Shown piece by piece: positions 8,578 to 16,818 of a stretch of DNA of 52,333 bases (the first letter of the stretch is position 1; each line of letters opens with the position of its first letter). A program made the translations under genes and the position numbers. The notes beneath the pieces are model-generated. The model had not been told where the DNA came from. It did no database searches and saw only the letters and a list, made by a program, of their open reading frames with translations. Source of the DNA: an uncultured Streptococcus sp. (lineage in GTDB: Bacteria > Bacillota > Bacilli > Lactobacillales > Streptococcaceae); assembly GCA_959025735.1 (NCBI GenBank), contig CAUFJQ010000001.1, positions 1 to 52,333 on the forward strand. Direction: 5' to 3'.

Positions 8578-11373
8578 ATGATGAAAGAATGGAAGGCTAT
8601 TCTTAAAAAGCCAACATTTATCATTGTCATGATTGGAGTTGCTTTGATTCCAGCTCTTTATAATATTATTTTTCTATCTTCCATGTGGGATCCATATAGC
8701 CAAGTTTCGGATCTTCCTGTAGCGGTTGTCAATAAGGATCAATCTGCTACATATAATGGACAAAAAATGGAAATCGGGAAAGACATGGTGTCCAATTTGA
8801 AGGACAATGACTCACTTGATTTTCATTTTGTAGATGAGAAAGCTGCGAAAGATGGTCTCAAAAATGGCGATTATTATATGATTGTAACCCTGCCTGAGGA
8901 TCTTTCAAAAAAAGCTAGCTCCATCTTAACCAATCATCCGGAACAGATGACCATTGATTACCAAACATCCAGTGGTCATAGTTTTATCGCAGGGAAAATG
9001 AGCGACACTGCGATGACAAAAATGAAGCAGTCAGTGGCTGAAAAAGTGACCAATACGTATACAACAGCTTTATTTTCCAAAATGGGATCGCTTAAAACTG
9101 GTATGGGGACAGCGGCAGATGGAAGTGCTAAATTAGCAGATGGTGCAAGTAAATTGGAAGATGGTGGTCAAACACTATCTACTAATTTGAATACATTGGC
9201 TCGTTCAAGCTTAGCATTTTCAGATGGTGCGACTACTCTTCGTACAGGTCTAGCAGCCTATACAGATGGTGTTGGTCAATTAGGAAATGGTCTCAATCAA
9301 ATGGCTGGTCAACTTCCAAATTTGGTATCTGGCGTCAATCAATTAAATAATGGGTTTGGTACTTTTAATACAGGCTTGATGGCTTACGCTACCGGAGTGG
9401 ATCGATTAGGAAATGGTCTCAATCAAATGGCGAGTCAAACCCCTCAGTTGGCTTCAGGAGTTGGTCGGTTAACCAGCGGTATGGGGACCCTCAATGACGG
9501 TCTTGGGAATTATACCAATGGCGTGCGTCAATTGAATTCGGGTCTATCTAACTTTTCAAATGGTTTAGTGACCTATACAAATGGCGTTGCTACTTTATCA
9601 GAGGGAGCAGGTCAATTAAGTAGTCAATCCGCTACTCTTCGAAATGGGGTTTCTCAATTAGAATCAGGTATTCAAACATTATCAAGTCAGCTACAAGCTT
9701 CTACAAGCCAATCAGCTCAGATTGATCAATTGGCAGCTGGTTTGAACCAATTAAATGCAGCGATTCAAAATGCTTCGGTAGATACCAGTCAACTTTCATC
9801 TGGCTTGACGAGTATTGCGAATTCAGCTCAATCAATCCTTGCTTCAGCCCAAGCGGATCGTGCAAATGCCCTTGCAAGTGTACAAGGGACAGCAGCCTAT
9901 CAAGCAATGACAGCTGACCAACAAGCGGAAATCAATGCGGCGATCTCATCGAGCCCAAGCTCGAGTGAAACGGCGGCTCAAGGAATCTTGACTACGATTC
10001 AAACGATCCAAAGTAGTTTGAATACAGGAAATAGCTTGACACAACTGCAAACGGCAGCCAATCAAGTTTTACCAACAGCTTCTTCTACCTTGACAGACTT
10101 GTCAAGTGGCTTGTCTAAGATCCAATCCGCAGTTAGTGGACAATTGTTGCCAGCTAGCCAAACCATCAGTCAAGGGATCGGCGCTTATACAGCTGGTGTC
10201 GATAAAATCGCTAATGGAGCAACCCAACTTCAGACGAATAGCAGTACTTTAACAAATGGGGCTAGTCAGTTAGCAGCAGGTGTTGGTCAACTAGATAGTA
10301 AATCATCAGAATTACTTGCAGGAAGCAATCAATTAGCTTCTGGTCTAGGTGAGTTAAATGGGAAGATGCCTGCCTTGACATCAGGCATGAATCAACTGGC
10401 TTCAGGAGCGACCCAATTAACAGGTAAGTCGGGTGAATTGGTTGCTGGTGCTGGAAAATTAGCTGACGGTGTAGGGCAATTGAACAGCAAAACTCCAGAG
10501 TTGGCAGGTGGTGTCAACAAACTTGTCACTGGTGTCAATCAGTTGACAGAAAAATCAGGTCAATTGGTGACTGGTGCTGATAAACTAGCCGACGGTGCAA
10601 ATCAAATCTCAGATGGGTCCAGCAAATTAGCAGCAGGTGGCCAAACATTGACAAATGGTTTAGGTGAATTAGCAACAGGAAGCCAAACCTTGAGTCAAGG
10701 ATTAAACGATGCTAAGGGACAATTGAATGTGGCTACAACTGAAAAAGAAAACGCTAAAACCTTAGCAGATCCTGTCACTTTGTCTAAAACAGACCGTGAC
10801 AATGTCCCGGTGAATGGTGTCGGAATGGCTCCTTATATGATCTCTGTAGCACTCTTTGTTTGTGCCTTGTCAACCAATATGATCTTTGCAAAATTACCAT
10901 CCGGTCGTCATCCTGAAAGTCGCTGGGCATGGTTTAAATCTCGCTTTGAGGTCAACGGAACGATTGCGGTGATTGCAGGAGTCTTGGTCTATGGTGCCGT
11001 TCACTTAATTGGTTTATCAGCTAATCATGAGATGGCTACTCTCTTCCTTTGTGTGATTGGTAGTGTGGCCTTCATGTCTATCGTGACTGCTTTGACAACA
11101 TGGCAAAGAAAGATCGGTGCTTTCCTTTCCTTGATCCTCTTGCTCTTGCAATTGGCTTCTAGTGCAGGAACCTATCCTCTGGCTTTGACAAATGGCTTTT
11201 TCCAAGCCATTCATCCATTCTTGCCAATGAGTTATACCGTTTCTGGTCTTCGTCAAACGATTTCGATGACAGGAGAAATTGGAAATCAAGTGGCCTTCCT
11301 TCTGATGACTATTGTTCTTTTTGCAGGGCTAGGAATGTGGTTCTATAATCCAAAAAAATATGAAGAGGACTAA
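8578..11373 (+). CDS. YhgE/Pip-domain membrane protein (phage infection protein/EsaA-like), 931 aa
   Basis: MWDPY...LPVAVVNKD N-domain, long xxLxxGxxQL coiled-coil repeats, C-terminal multi-TM with SSAGTYP; start moved to ATG 8578 after AAGGAG. Confidence 0.92.
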   Translation: MMKEWKAILKKPTFIIVMIGVALIPALYNIIFLSSMWDPYSQVSDLPVAVVNKDQSATYNGQKMEIGKDMVSNLKDNDSLDFHFVDEKAAKDGLKNGDYYMIVTLPEDLSKKASSILTNHPEQMTIDYQTSSGHSFIAGKMSDTAMTKMKQSVAEKVTNTYTTALFSKMGSLKTGMGTAADGSAKLADGASKLEDGGQTLSTNLNTLARSSLAFSDGATTLRTGLAAYTDGVGQLGNGLNQMAGQLPNLVSGVNQLNNGFGTFNTGLMAYATGVDRLGNGLNQMASQTPQLASGVGRLTSGMGTLNDGLGNYTNGVRQLNSGLSNFSNGLVTYTNGVATLSEGAGQLSSQSATLRNGVSQLESGIQTLSSQLQASTSQSAQIDQLAAGLNQLNAAIQNASVDTSQLSSGLTSIANSAQSILASAQADRANALASVQGTAAYQAMTADQQAEINAAISSSPSSSETAAQGILTTIQTIQSSLNTGNSLTQLQTAANQVLPTASSTLTDLSSGLSKIQSAVSGQLLPASQTISQGIGAYTAGVDKIANGATQLQTNSSTLTNGASQLAAGVGQLDSKSSELLAGSNQLASGLGELNGKMPALTSGMNQLASGATQLTGKSGELVAGAGKLADGVGQLNSKTPELAGGVNKLVTGVNQLTEKSGQLVTGADKLADGANQISDGSSKLAAGGQTLTNGLGELATGSQTLSQGLNDAKGQLNVATTEKENAKTLADPVTLSKTDRDNVPVNGVGMAPYMISVALFVCALSTNMIFAKLPSGRHPESRWAWFKSRFEVNGTIAVIAGVLVYGAVHLIGLSANHEMATLFLCVIGSVAFMSIVTALTTWQRKIGAFLSLILLLLQLASSAGTYPLALTNGFFQAIHPFLPMSYTVSGLRQTISMTGEIGNQVAFLLMTIVLFAGLGMWFYNPKKYEED

Positions 11374-11380
11374 TCTTCGG

Positions 11381-11412
11381 GAACTCCCAACAGAATGTGT
11401 TGGGAGTTTTTT
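11381..11412 (+). terminator. yhgE intrinsic terminator
   Basis: aactcccaaca-gaatg-tgttgggagtt plus T run. Confidence 0.8.
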
Positions 11413-11427
11413 GTTTCATGTGAAACA
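11412..11427. other. parS centromere-like site (ParB/Spo0J binding)
   Basis: TGTTTCATGTGAAACA, one base from the consensus TGTTTCACGTGAAACA; origin-proximal gene context. Confidence 0.8.
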
Positions 11428-11605
11428 AGAGGCTGGGACAAAAGTCCTAGCCTCTCAATTGTTTTTGGATTGTCGAGCAAGACGCAGTGGTTGAGTGGGC
11501 TCTACTACGCTGATTTCATCAGCTTTTACAGCCCTACTCAACTGTGCGGAGGTGGGACGACGAAATCGAATTCTAACGAATTACCGATTTCTGTCCCACT
11601 CTCTT
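11427..11605. repeat. 179-bp dispersed multi-hairpin repeat, copy 1
   Basis: Reverse complement of 41460-41638 with one mismatch seen; three internal stem-loops; lies between convergent genes. Confidence 0.92.
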
Positions 11606-11606
11606 A

Positions 11607-12290
11607 TTATTTAAAGAAAACAACATCAGGATTTGGAGTAATATAGAGAAGTTGGTCGTTTTCAAAGACCAGTTGGATAGTGTTGTTTTTATAGGTGTAA
11701 ATGGTGTAGTTTACTCCGAATTTAGAAGCTTGTTTGAGATCAACAGCTCCCATCAAAAAGGCGTGAGCTTGTTCCCCTGTGATTTTTCCCTCGTGGTAGA
11801 GCCCTTTAATATTTTCTAATTCGGTATTTTCAAAAGATTCGGCAATATAAGCAGGGTCTGTTATTTGTTTCTCTGGATTCCCAAGAATTGTTTGGACAAG
11901 AGCGGTGGTATATCCTTCATAATCCGGCGTCTGTGCAAAAATTTTATCGTCATTTCTAGAGTAGGCTACTTTTAGGTTCCCTGTCGCATAAATCTTATCT
12001 TTTGGAGCTTCTTGAGCATTTTTAGGGAGTCCTTCGGTCGTGACGATGTCAGAAGAGGTTTCCGTAGTAGTTGAGGGAGAGCTAGAGGAGTTGCTTGAGC
12101 TATTTGAACTGGTTGAGCGACTCGGGAGGCTAGAACGACTCGAGCTACTTTTTTTAAAGGTTTTCTTTTTTGAGCTGGTAGCAGTGGGTACTTTTTTAAA
12201 GTTGATCTTAAGGTCCGGCACACAGGCTGATAGAAAAAGAAGAGACAGCAAGAGTGTGAACAAAAGAGGTAGTGTCTGTTTTTTCATCAT
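11607..12290 (-). CDS. Hypothetical lipoprotein with Ser/Thr-rich linker
   Basis: Lipobox LSAC, poly-Ser/Thr stretch, globular C-terminal domain; RBS AAGGA. Confidence 0.75.
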   Translation of the reverse strand: MMKKQTLPLLFTLLLSLLFLSACVPDLKINFKKVPTATSSKKKTFKKSSSSRSSLPSRSTSSNSSSNSSSSPSTTTETSSDIVTTEGLPKNAQEAPKDKIYATGNLKVAYSRNDDKIFAQTPDYEGYTTALVQTILGNPEKQITDPAYIAESFENTELENIKGLYHEGKITGEQAHAFLMGAVDLKQASKFGVNYTIYTYKNNTIQLVFENDQLLYITPNPDVVFFK

Positions 12291-12340
12291 GTTCCTTTCG
12301 ATAAGCTGATTGAATTTCTATTCTATCATAAAAAAGGCAA

Positions 12341-12372
12341 CAAAAAAAGGTCAGGAAGAAATCCTGCCTTTG
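12341..12372 (-). terminator. Terminator after the beta-helix lipoprotein gene
   Basis: Minus strand reads caaaggcagga-tttct-tcctgacc followed by a T run. Confidence 0.65.
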
Positions 12373-12379
12373 TTTGTTA

Positions 12380-13627
12380 TTATTGATGCCCGCCTCCAGG
12401 TCCACCGCCTTGAGGTCCGCCACCGCCTGGAGCCCCACCGCCTCCAGGCATGGAGTTGACAATTTCCGTTTGTTTTTCACCGTTGATATAGATGTCTCCG
12501 CCAGTGTAGGTAGCAGTACCATCAAAGTCGAATCCAGATTGTCCCGTTAATTTAATGGTTCCTCCGGTAACAGTGATATTTCCATTCGAATCAATTGGAT
12601 CGGTATCGCCTTGGCCAACTTCAACGTTGAGGGTTCCACCATTCATGGTGAAGAAAATTTCATCTTGGTTAGCATTAGCATTGGCTGCATTGACACCATC
12701 ATCAGTTGCGTAGATGGTGATATCACCACCGTTGATGGTGATCGATTTTCCTTCGAGACCTTCGACAGACTCTGTTACCTCATAGGTTCCGCTATCGATG
12801 ATCAGATCTCCAGAAGCATGGATTCCGTCGTCTCCTGCGGTGATGGTCATTTTGTTATCTGAAAGATACATGGTTCCGACCGAAGTATCTTCATCATTAT
12901 CCACCTTGACTGCATCTTCATCTGCATCGATGGTCATGGTCGTACCAGTGATATTGAGTTCGTCATTGACGTTGAAGGCATCTCCTACAGCCGTGATCTT
13001 ATAGGTTCCACCTGTGATATGGAGAGTGTCATTGGCCTTGATACCGTTGTTCTTCTTGGCGTCAATGTTGAGTGTACCTGAACCATTGATGGTGAGGTCG
13101 CCTTTAGAGAAGATGACCGCATCGGCATCTTCATCATTGTTTGAACTTGAATCAGACAAGGTATTGGTCGTGCCGTCTGCTAGAGTGAGGTAGACATGCC
13201 CTGCTTTCGTAGCAGAAATTGGCGCGTTGGTGTTGGTCATGGTAACGCCTTTCAAGACGATGTGAACATCATCTGAGTCACCCGCTTCGACCTTGATTTG
13301 AACCCCATCGGATTCACCAGAGATGACATAGGTTCCAGCCTTTGAGATGGTCACAGTTGATCCAGATACAGCTACGCCGTCACCTGATACACTTGCAGAC
13401 GAACCAGACAGTTTTACAGTAGAGGCTTTGCTTTCATCATAAGAGCTGTCCTTGTCCTTATCTGTAAAATAGTTGGAATTGTTTGTTTTATTTTTTGAAG
13501 TAGAAGTAGCGGTTGTTTGTGCAGTATTGCTTTTTGTAGCTGATTGTGATGACGCCTGGGTGCAAGCTGTCAGTAAGGTGAGGGTTGCGGCCCCCGTTAA
13601 TAAAAATTTCCATTTGTTTGATTTCAT
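12380..13627 (-). CDS. Cthe_2159/DUF4353-type 'carbohydrate-binding domain' beta-helix lipoprotein
   Basis: Lipobox LTAC; VTISKAGTYVISG, DAVIFSKGDLTINGSGTLNI; repeated NGIKA/DGIHA/EGLEG/DGVNA/DPIDS coils; Gly/Pro-rich tail. Confidence 0.85.
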   Translation of the reverse strand: MKSNKWKFLLTGAATLTLLTACTQASSQSATKSNTAQTTATSTSKNKTNNSNYFTDKDKDSSYDESKASTVKLSGSSASVSGDGVAVSGSTVTISKAGTYVISGESDGVQIKVEAGDSDDVHIVLKGVTMTNTNAPISATKAGHVYLTLADGTTNTLSDSSSNNDEDADAVIFSKGDLTINGSGTLNIDAKKNNGIKANDTLHITGGTYKITAVGDAFNVNDELNITGTTMTIDADEDAVKVDNDEDTSVGTMYLSDNKMTITAGDDGIHASGDLIIDSGTYEVTESVEGLEGKSITINGGDITIYATDDGVNAANANANQDEIFFTMNGGTLNVEVGQGDTDPIDSNGNITVTGGTIKLTGQSGFDFDGTATYTGGDIYINGEKQTEIVNSMPGGGGAPGGGGPQGGGPGGGHQ

Positions 13628-13660
13628 GAGCTTTTCCTCTCGTTCAATTGATATACTCCT

Positions 13661-13769
13661 AGTCTAAAGTTGCTAGCTGAAAGTTTCCTAAAGTTTTTCT
13701 GAAAGGAACCTTAACTTTAGTTTTATTTAAGTTTGGCTTAATGACCAGTTAAGAAAGTCCTATTAAACT
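13661..13769. promoter_or_regulatory. Divergent promoters with mirror arrays of 11-bp-phased half-sites (OmpR/CiaR-type)
   Basis: Minus-strand sites at + CTGAA 13677, CTAAA 13688, CTGAA 13699, CTTAA 13710, with -10 TAGACT (13666-13661). Plus-strand TTTAG 13716, TTAAG 13727, TTAAT 13738, TTAAG 13749, with -10 TAAACT (13764-13769). Both -10 boxes lie 10 bp from the last site. Confidence 0.7.
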
Positions 13770-13841
13770 AGAAAGCACGTAAGTCGTATTCATACTTACT
13801 GAAGGTTAGAAACAATAGATCCCCCTTAAAGGAGAAGAAAC

Positions 13842-14621
13842 ATGAAAAAAACAATTGAGACAAGTTTCAAACGAATCGAAACAAAATATATCGTCGCAAA
13901 AGATGACGTGAAGGACTTGATCAAAGACTTAAAAGAATACGTCGTAGAAGATGATTACCCAACCTCAACCATTTCAAACATTTATTTTGATACAGAAAAT
14001 TTTGATGTCATTCAAGATGCTCTTGCCAAACAACACCGCCGTGAAAAAATTCGGATGCGGACTTATATAGAAAAACCTCAAGCAGACAGTCCAGTGTTTC
14101 TAGAGGTGAAGTCAAAAGATGAAGAAGGAATTGGCCATAAATTCCGCCTAGTCGCCACTTCACAAGCCATTATCAACTTGATGACAGATGGGAAAGTAGA
14201 TCATCAGATACAAGATCCAGACTTAGTGCAAGAGATTCAGAGATTGCGCAAACGTTATGGTCATCGATTGGAACCACGGATGTTCATTTACTATGATCGC
14301 TTGTCTCTCAAAGAAAAGAAATCCATTCAGGGTTATCCTTATCAGAAGATTCGCGTGACAATCGATCAAAACTTAGTCTTTCGAGATCAGGCTGTTAGCC
14401 TTTTTGATGGGAAGAAAGGAGAACCTCTACTAGAGGATGACTTCGTGATCATGGAAATTAAGGCTCCTGGGCAAGAACCTAAATGGCTAAAGGATATTTT
14501 AGATAAGTACGGACTGGTCAAACAGAAATTTTCAAAATATAGCTGTGCTTATCATAAATCACAAGGCTTGGATTATGCCCCAAGACCAGTTCAAGAAACG
14601 GTAGGTGCTGCCTATGTCTAA
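13842..14621 (+). CDS. VTC-domain (CYTH/TTM tunnel) polyphosphate-polymerase-like protein
   Basis: RIETKY, SNIYFDT, REKIRMRTY, FLEVKSK, YDR, RVTIDQNL, IMEIK, FSKY motifs. Confidence 0.88.
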   Translation: MKKTIETSFKRIETKYIVAKDDVKDLIKDLKEYVVEDDYPTSTISNIYFDTENFDVIQDALAKQHRREKIRMRTYIEKPQADSPVFLEVKSKDEEGIGHKFRLVATSQAIINLMTDGKVDHQIQDPDLVQEIQRLRKRYGHRLEPRMFIYYDRLSLKEKKSIQGYPYQKIRVTIDQNLVFRDQAVSLFDGKKGEPLLEDDFVIMEIKAPGQEPKWLKDILDKYGLVKQKFSKYSCAYHKSQGLDYAPRPVQETVGAAYV

Positions 14622-15297
14622 TCTATTTGATTCTATTTTTAATAATGCCACAGCAACGGTGGATCCCTTGCGCTTACTGCTGGCCCTTTTGGTCAGCCTC
14701 TTTCTAGGGCTGGCCCTATCTTGGACCTATAAATACCGAACACTTTACACTCGAGAGTTTGTCATTAGTTTGACCTTGCTTCCTTGTATGATGACCTTAG
14801 TGATCTTTTTGGTCAATGGAAGTTTGGGAACCTCGATTGCAGTGGCAGGGACCTTTAGTTTGATCCGTTTTCGTTCGGCTACGAGTGGTTCGAGAGAGTT
14901 GATTGCCATTTTCTTAGCCATGATTATAGGACTGGCAGCAGGTTCGGGCTATCTTTTATTGGCCATTTTATCAACTCTCTCTTTACTAGGGGTGTGGCTG
15001 GTATTAGAGAACAAACAGAGTAAGGCAGACCATCAACGGCGCCGTCATTTGACCATTACCGTCTCAAAACAAGATTCTGTTGCAGAACAAATCAGCCAGT
15101 TGTTGGACCAAAGTTGTTCAGAGATTGACTTTATTTCTGTCACAACGGCCCAAGCTGGAGAACAACTGACCTTGAACTACGAGGTAAATATGAAATCGAA
15201 CATCGATGATTTTGCTCTTGCCAATCTATTGATTAGCAAGATTGAAAATTGTGATGTTGCTCTGACAAAGAAAGCGAAGAAAAGAAAGAATTTATAA
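14614..15297 (+). CDS. DUF4956-family membrane protein (MgtC-like TM domain plus soluble C-terminal domain)
   Basis: Several TM helices, AGTFSLIRFRS, GLAAGSGY; ATG 14614 overlaps the end of the VTC gene. Confidence 0.82.
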   Translation: MSNLFDSIFNNATATVDPLRLLLALLVSLFLGLALSWTYKYRTLYTREFVISLTLLPCMMTLVIFLVNGSLGTSIAVAGTFSLIRFRSATSGSRELIAIFLAMIIGLAAGSGYLLLAILSTLSLLGVWLVLENKQSKADHQRRRHLTITVSKQDSVAEQISQLLDQSCSEIDFISVTTAQAGEQLTLNYEVNMKSNIDDFALANLLISKIENCDVALTKKAKKRKNL

Positions 15298-15330
15298 CTG
15301 CTATCCTACTTTAGGATAGTTTTTTAGGGT

Positions 15331-15362
15331 TTTAAGAACTTTTTAAGAAAAAGTGGTATACT
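15331..15362 (+). promoter_or_regulatory. Promoter with a perfect CiaR-type direct repeat
   Basis: TTTAAG-aactt-TTTAAG (15331-15347), 9 bp before TATACT (15357-15362, TG-extended). Confidence 0.6.
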
Positions 15363-15389
15363 GTTTCTAAAAAATTGAAGGAATCCCTT

Positions 15390-16649
15390 ATGAAAAAGAC
15401 TGCTATTTTTGAAGATGTCGTCTCTATTATGACCCATGATTCATCTACCATCAAGGATCGAAAAGGATGCGATCCAGAGCCTTTTCGAGAAAACATTACA
15501 GATGATATGACAGATGATGCCTTTCTCTATCAAGTTAAGACTTACCTAGCTAGTTTTGGGGTGATCGGGCATATTTCCTTTCGAGATAAAAAGGCCAGTC
15601 AAAAAGGGTTCCTTTTGAGAATAAATGGACAGAAATTGTATGTTGAGGAAGCTAATGAAGATACGGGTCTTCAAGTAGGAGATCAGATCCTAGCTCTGGA
15701 TGGAAGTGACTTGGATCAGATAGCTTCTCTTCATAAAGACTATTTTATCAGCAAGACCCCTGAAAGACACTACCGAGAATGGGCAGATTTGGTCTCTCAG
15801 TCAACGAGTGTCACCCTGCTTCGAGAAGGGATAGAAAAGACCATTGAAGTAGTCCCTAGTCGAGAACCGATCCAGGATCATATTTTTTGGAAACGATTAG
15901 ACGATGAGATTCTTTATCTTCGTCTGGATAATTTTATGGATGAAGGAGCCATTAGTCGGGTATATCAAGAGTGTTTGCCGATGATGACGGAGGTCAAGTT
16001 TCTTCTCATTGATGTCCGACAGAACGGCGGAGGGACGGATTCTCTATATCTTCCTCTGTTACATCTAGGCTTAGAGAAGGATCAGGGCTATGATTCGCTT
16101 GACTGGGACGATGATGGTATGGAAATTCTCTACACGGAACGTAATGTTGATCTGCGCTTGAAAGACTTTGAGGACTGGATGCAACAGGAAGAAATTAGTC
16201 CTGAAACAGTCAAGCTGCTTGGAGATATGAAAGAGGAGTTGCTCCGCCATCGAGGCAAAGGTTATGTACTGTATCAGCAAGAAAGCGAGGAATTCTTCCC
16301 AGAGGTTAAAGGTGGCCACTATCCTGAACGGATCTTTGTCTTATCAGATATCTATTGCGGTTCTTCTGGCGACAACTTTGTTCAGATGATGAAGCAGTTT
16401 AAGAAGGTAACGGTGGTAGGTAGACCGACTCTCGGAATTTTAGACTATTCCAATTGTTGTACCGTTGATTATGGCGATTATCAATTGATGTTTCCTACTT
16501 CTCGTTGTCTATGCGTAGATCAAGGTAAAGGAATGACGGATCAAGGTGTTCTACCCGATATAGAGATTCCTTGGACACCTAGCCATTTCGAGAGAGATGT
16601 GGATCTGGACAAGTGTCTGGAGTTGATTCATCAGGGGACTGTGAAATAG
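15390..16649 (+). CDS. S41 family (C-terminal processing-type) peptidase with PDZ-like segment, no signal peptide
   Basis: GLQVGDQIL, IDVRQNGGG, CGSSGD, VVGRPTLG, GVLPD motifs; ATG 15390 after AAGGA. Confidence 0.85.
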   Translation: MKKTAIFEDVVSIMTHDSSTIKDRKGCDPEPFRENITDDMTDDAFLYQVKTYLASFGVIGHISFRDKKASQKGFLLRINGQKLYVEEANEDTGLQVGDQILALDGSDLDQIASLHKDYFISKTPERHYREWADLVSQSTSVTLLREGIEKTIEVVPSREPIQDHIFWKRLDDEILYLRLDNFMDEGAISRVYQECLPMMTEVKFLLIDVRQNGGGTDSLYLPLLHLGLEKDQGYDSLDWDDDGMEILYTERNVDLRLKDFEDWMQQEEISPETVKLLGDMKEELLRHRGKGYVLYQQESEEFFPEVKGGHYPERIFVLSDIYCGSSGDNFVQMMKQFKKVTVVGRPTLGILDYSNCCTVDYGDYQLMFPTSRCLCVDQGKGMTDQGVLPDIEIPWTPSHFERDVDLDKCLELIHQGTVK

Positions 16650-16755
16650 AATAGGATTTCAACCAGAAAACTGATTAAAGAAAAATGCTTTCGTTAAACG
16701 GCTTGAATGATCTGAAATGATAACGTTTTCTACGACATTCTCACTATGTTTAAAA

Positions 16756-16785
16756 TTGCTTACTTGGTATAAAAAATGGTAAAAT
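16756..16785 (+). promoter_or_regulatory. dlt operon promoter
   Basis: TTGCTT-N18-TAAAAT with TG extension. Confidence 0.6.
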
Positions 16786-16818
16786 AGTGAGTAACAATTA
16801 AAATGAAGAGTGAAACTT

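Noticed and set aside
11395..11646. 83-aa ORF across the repeat
   Set aside because: Runs through the terminator, parS and the non-coding repeat; no RBS
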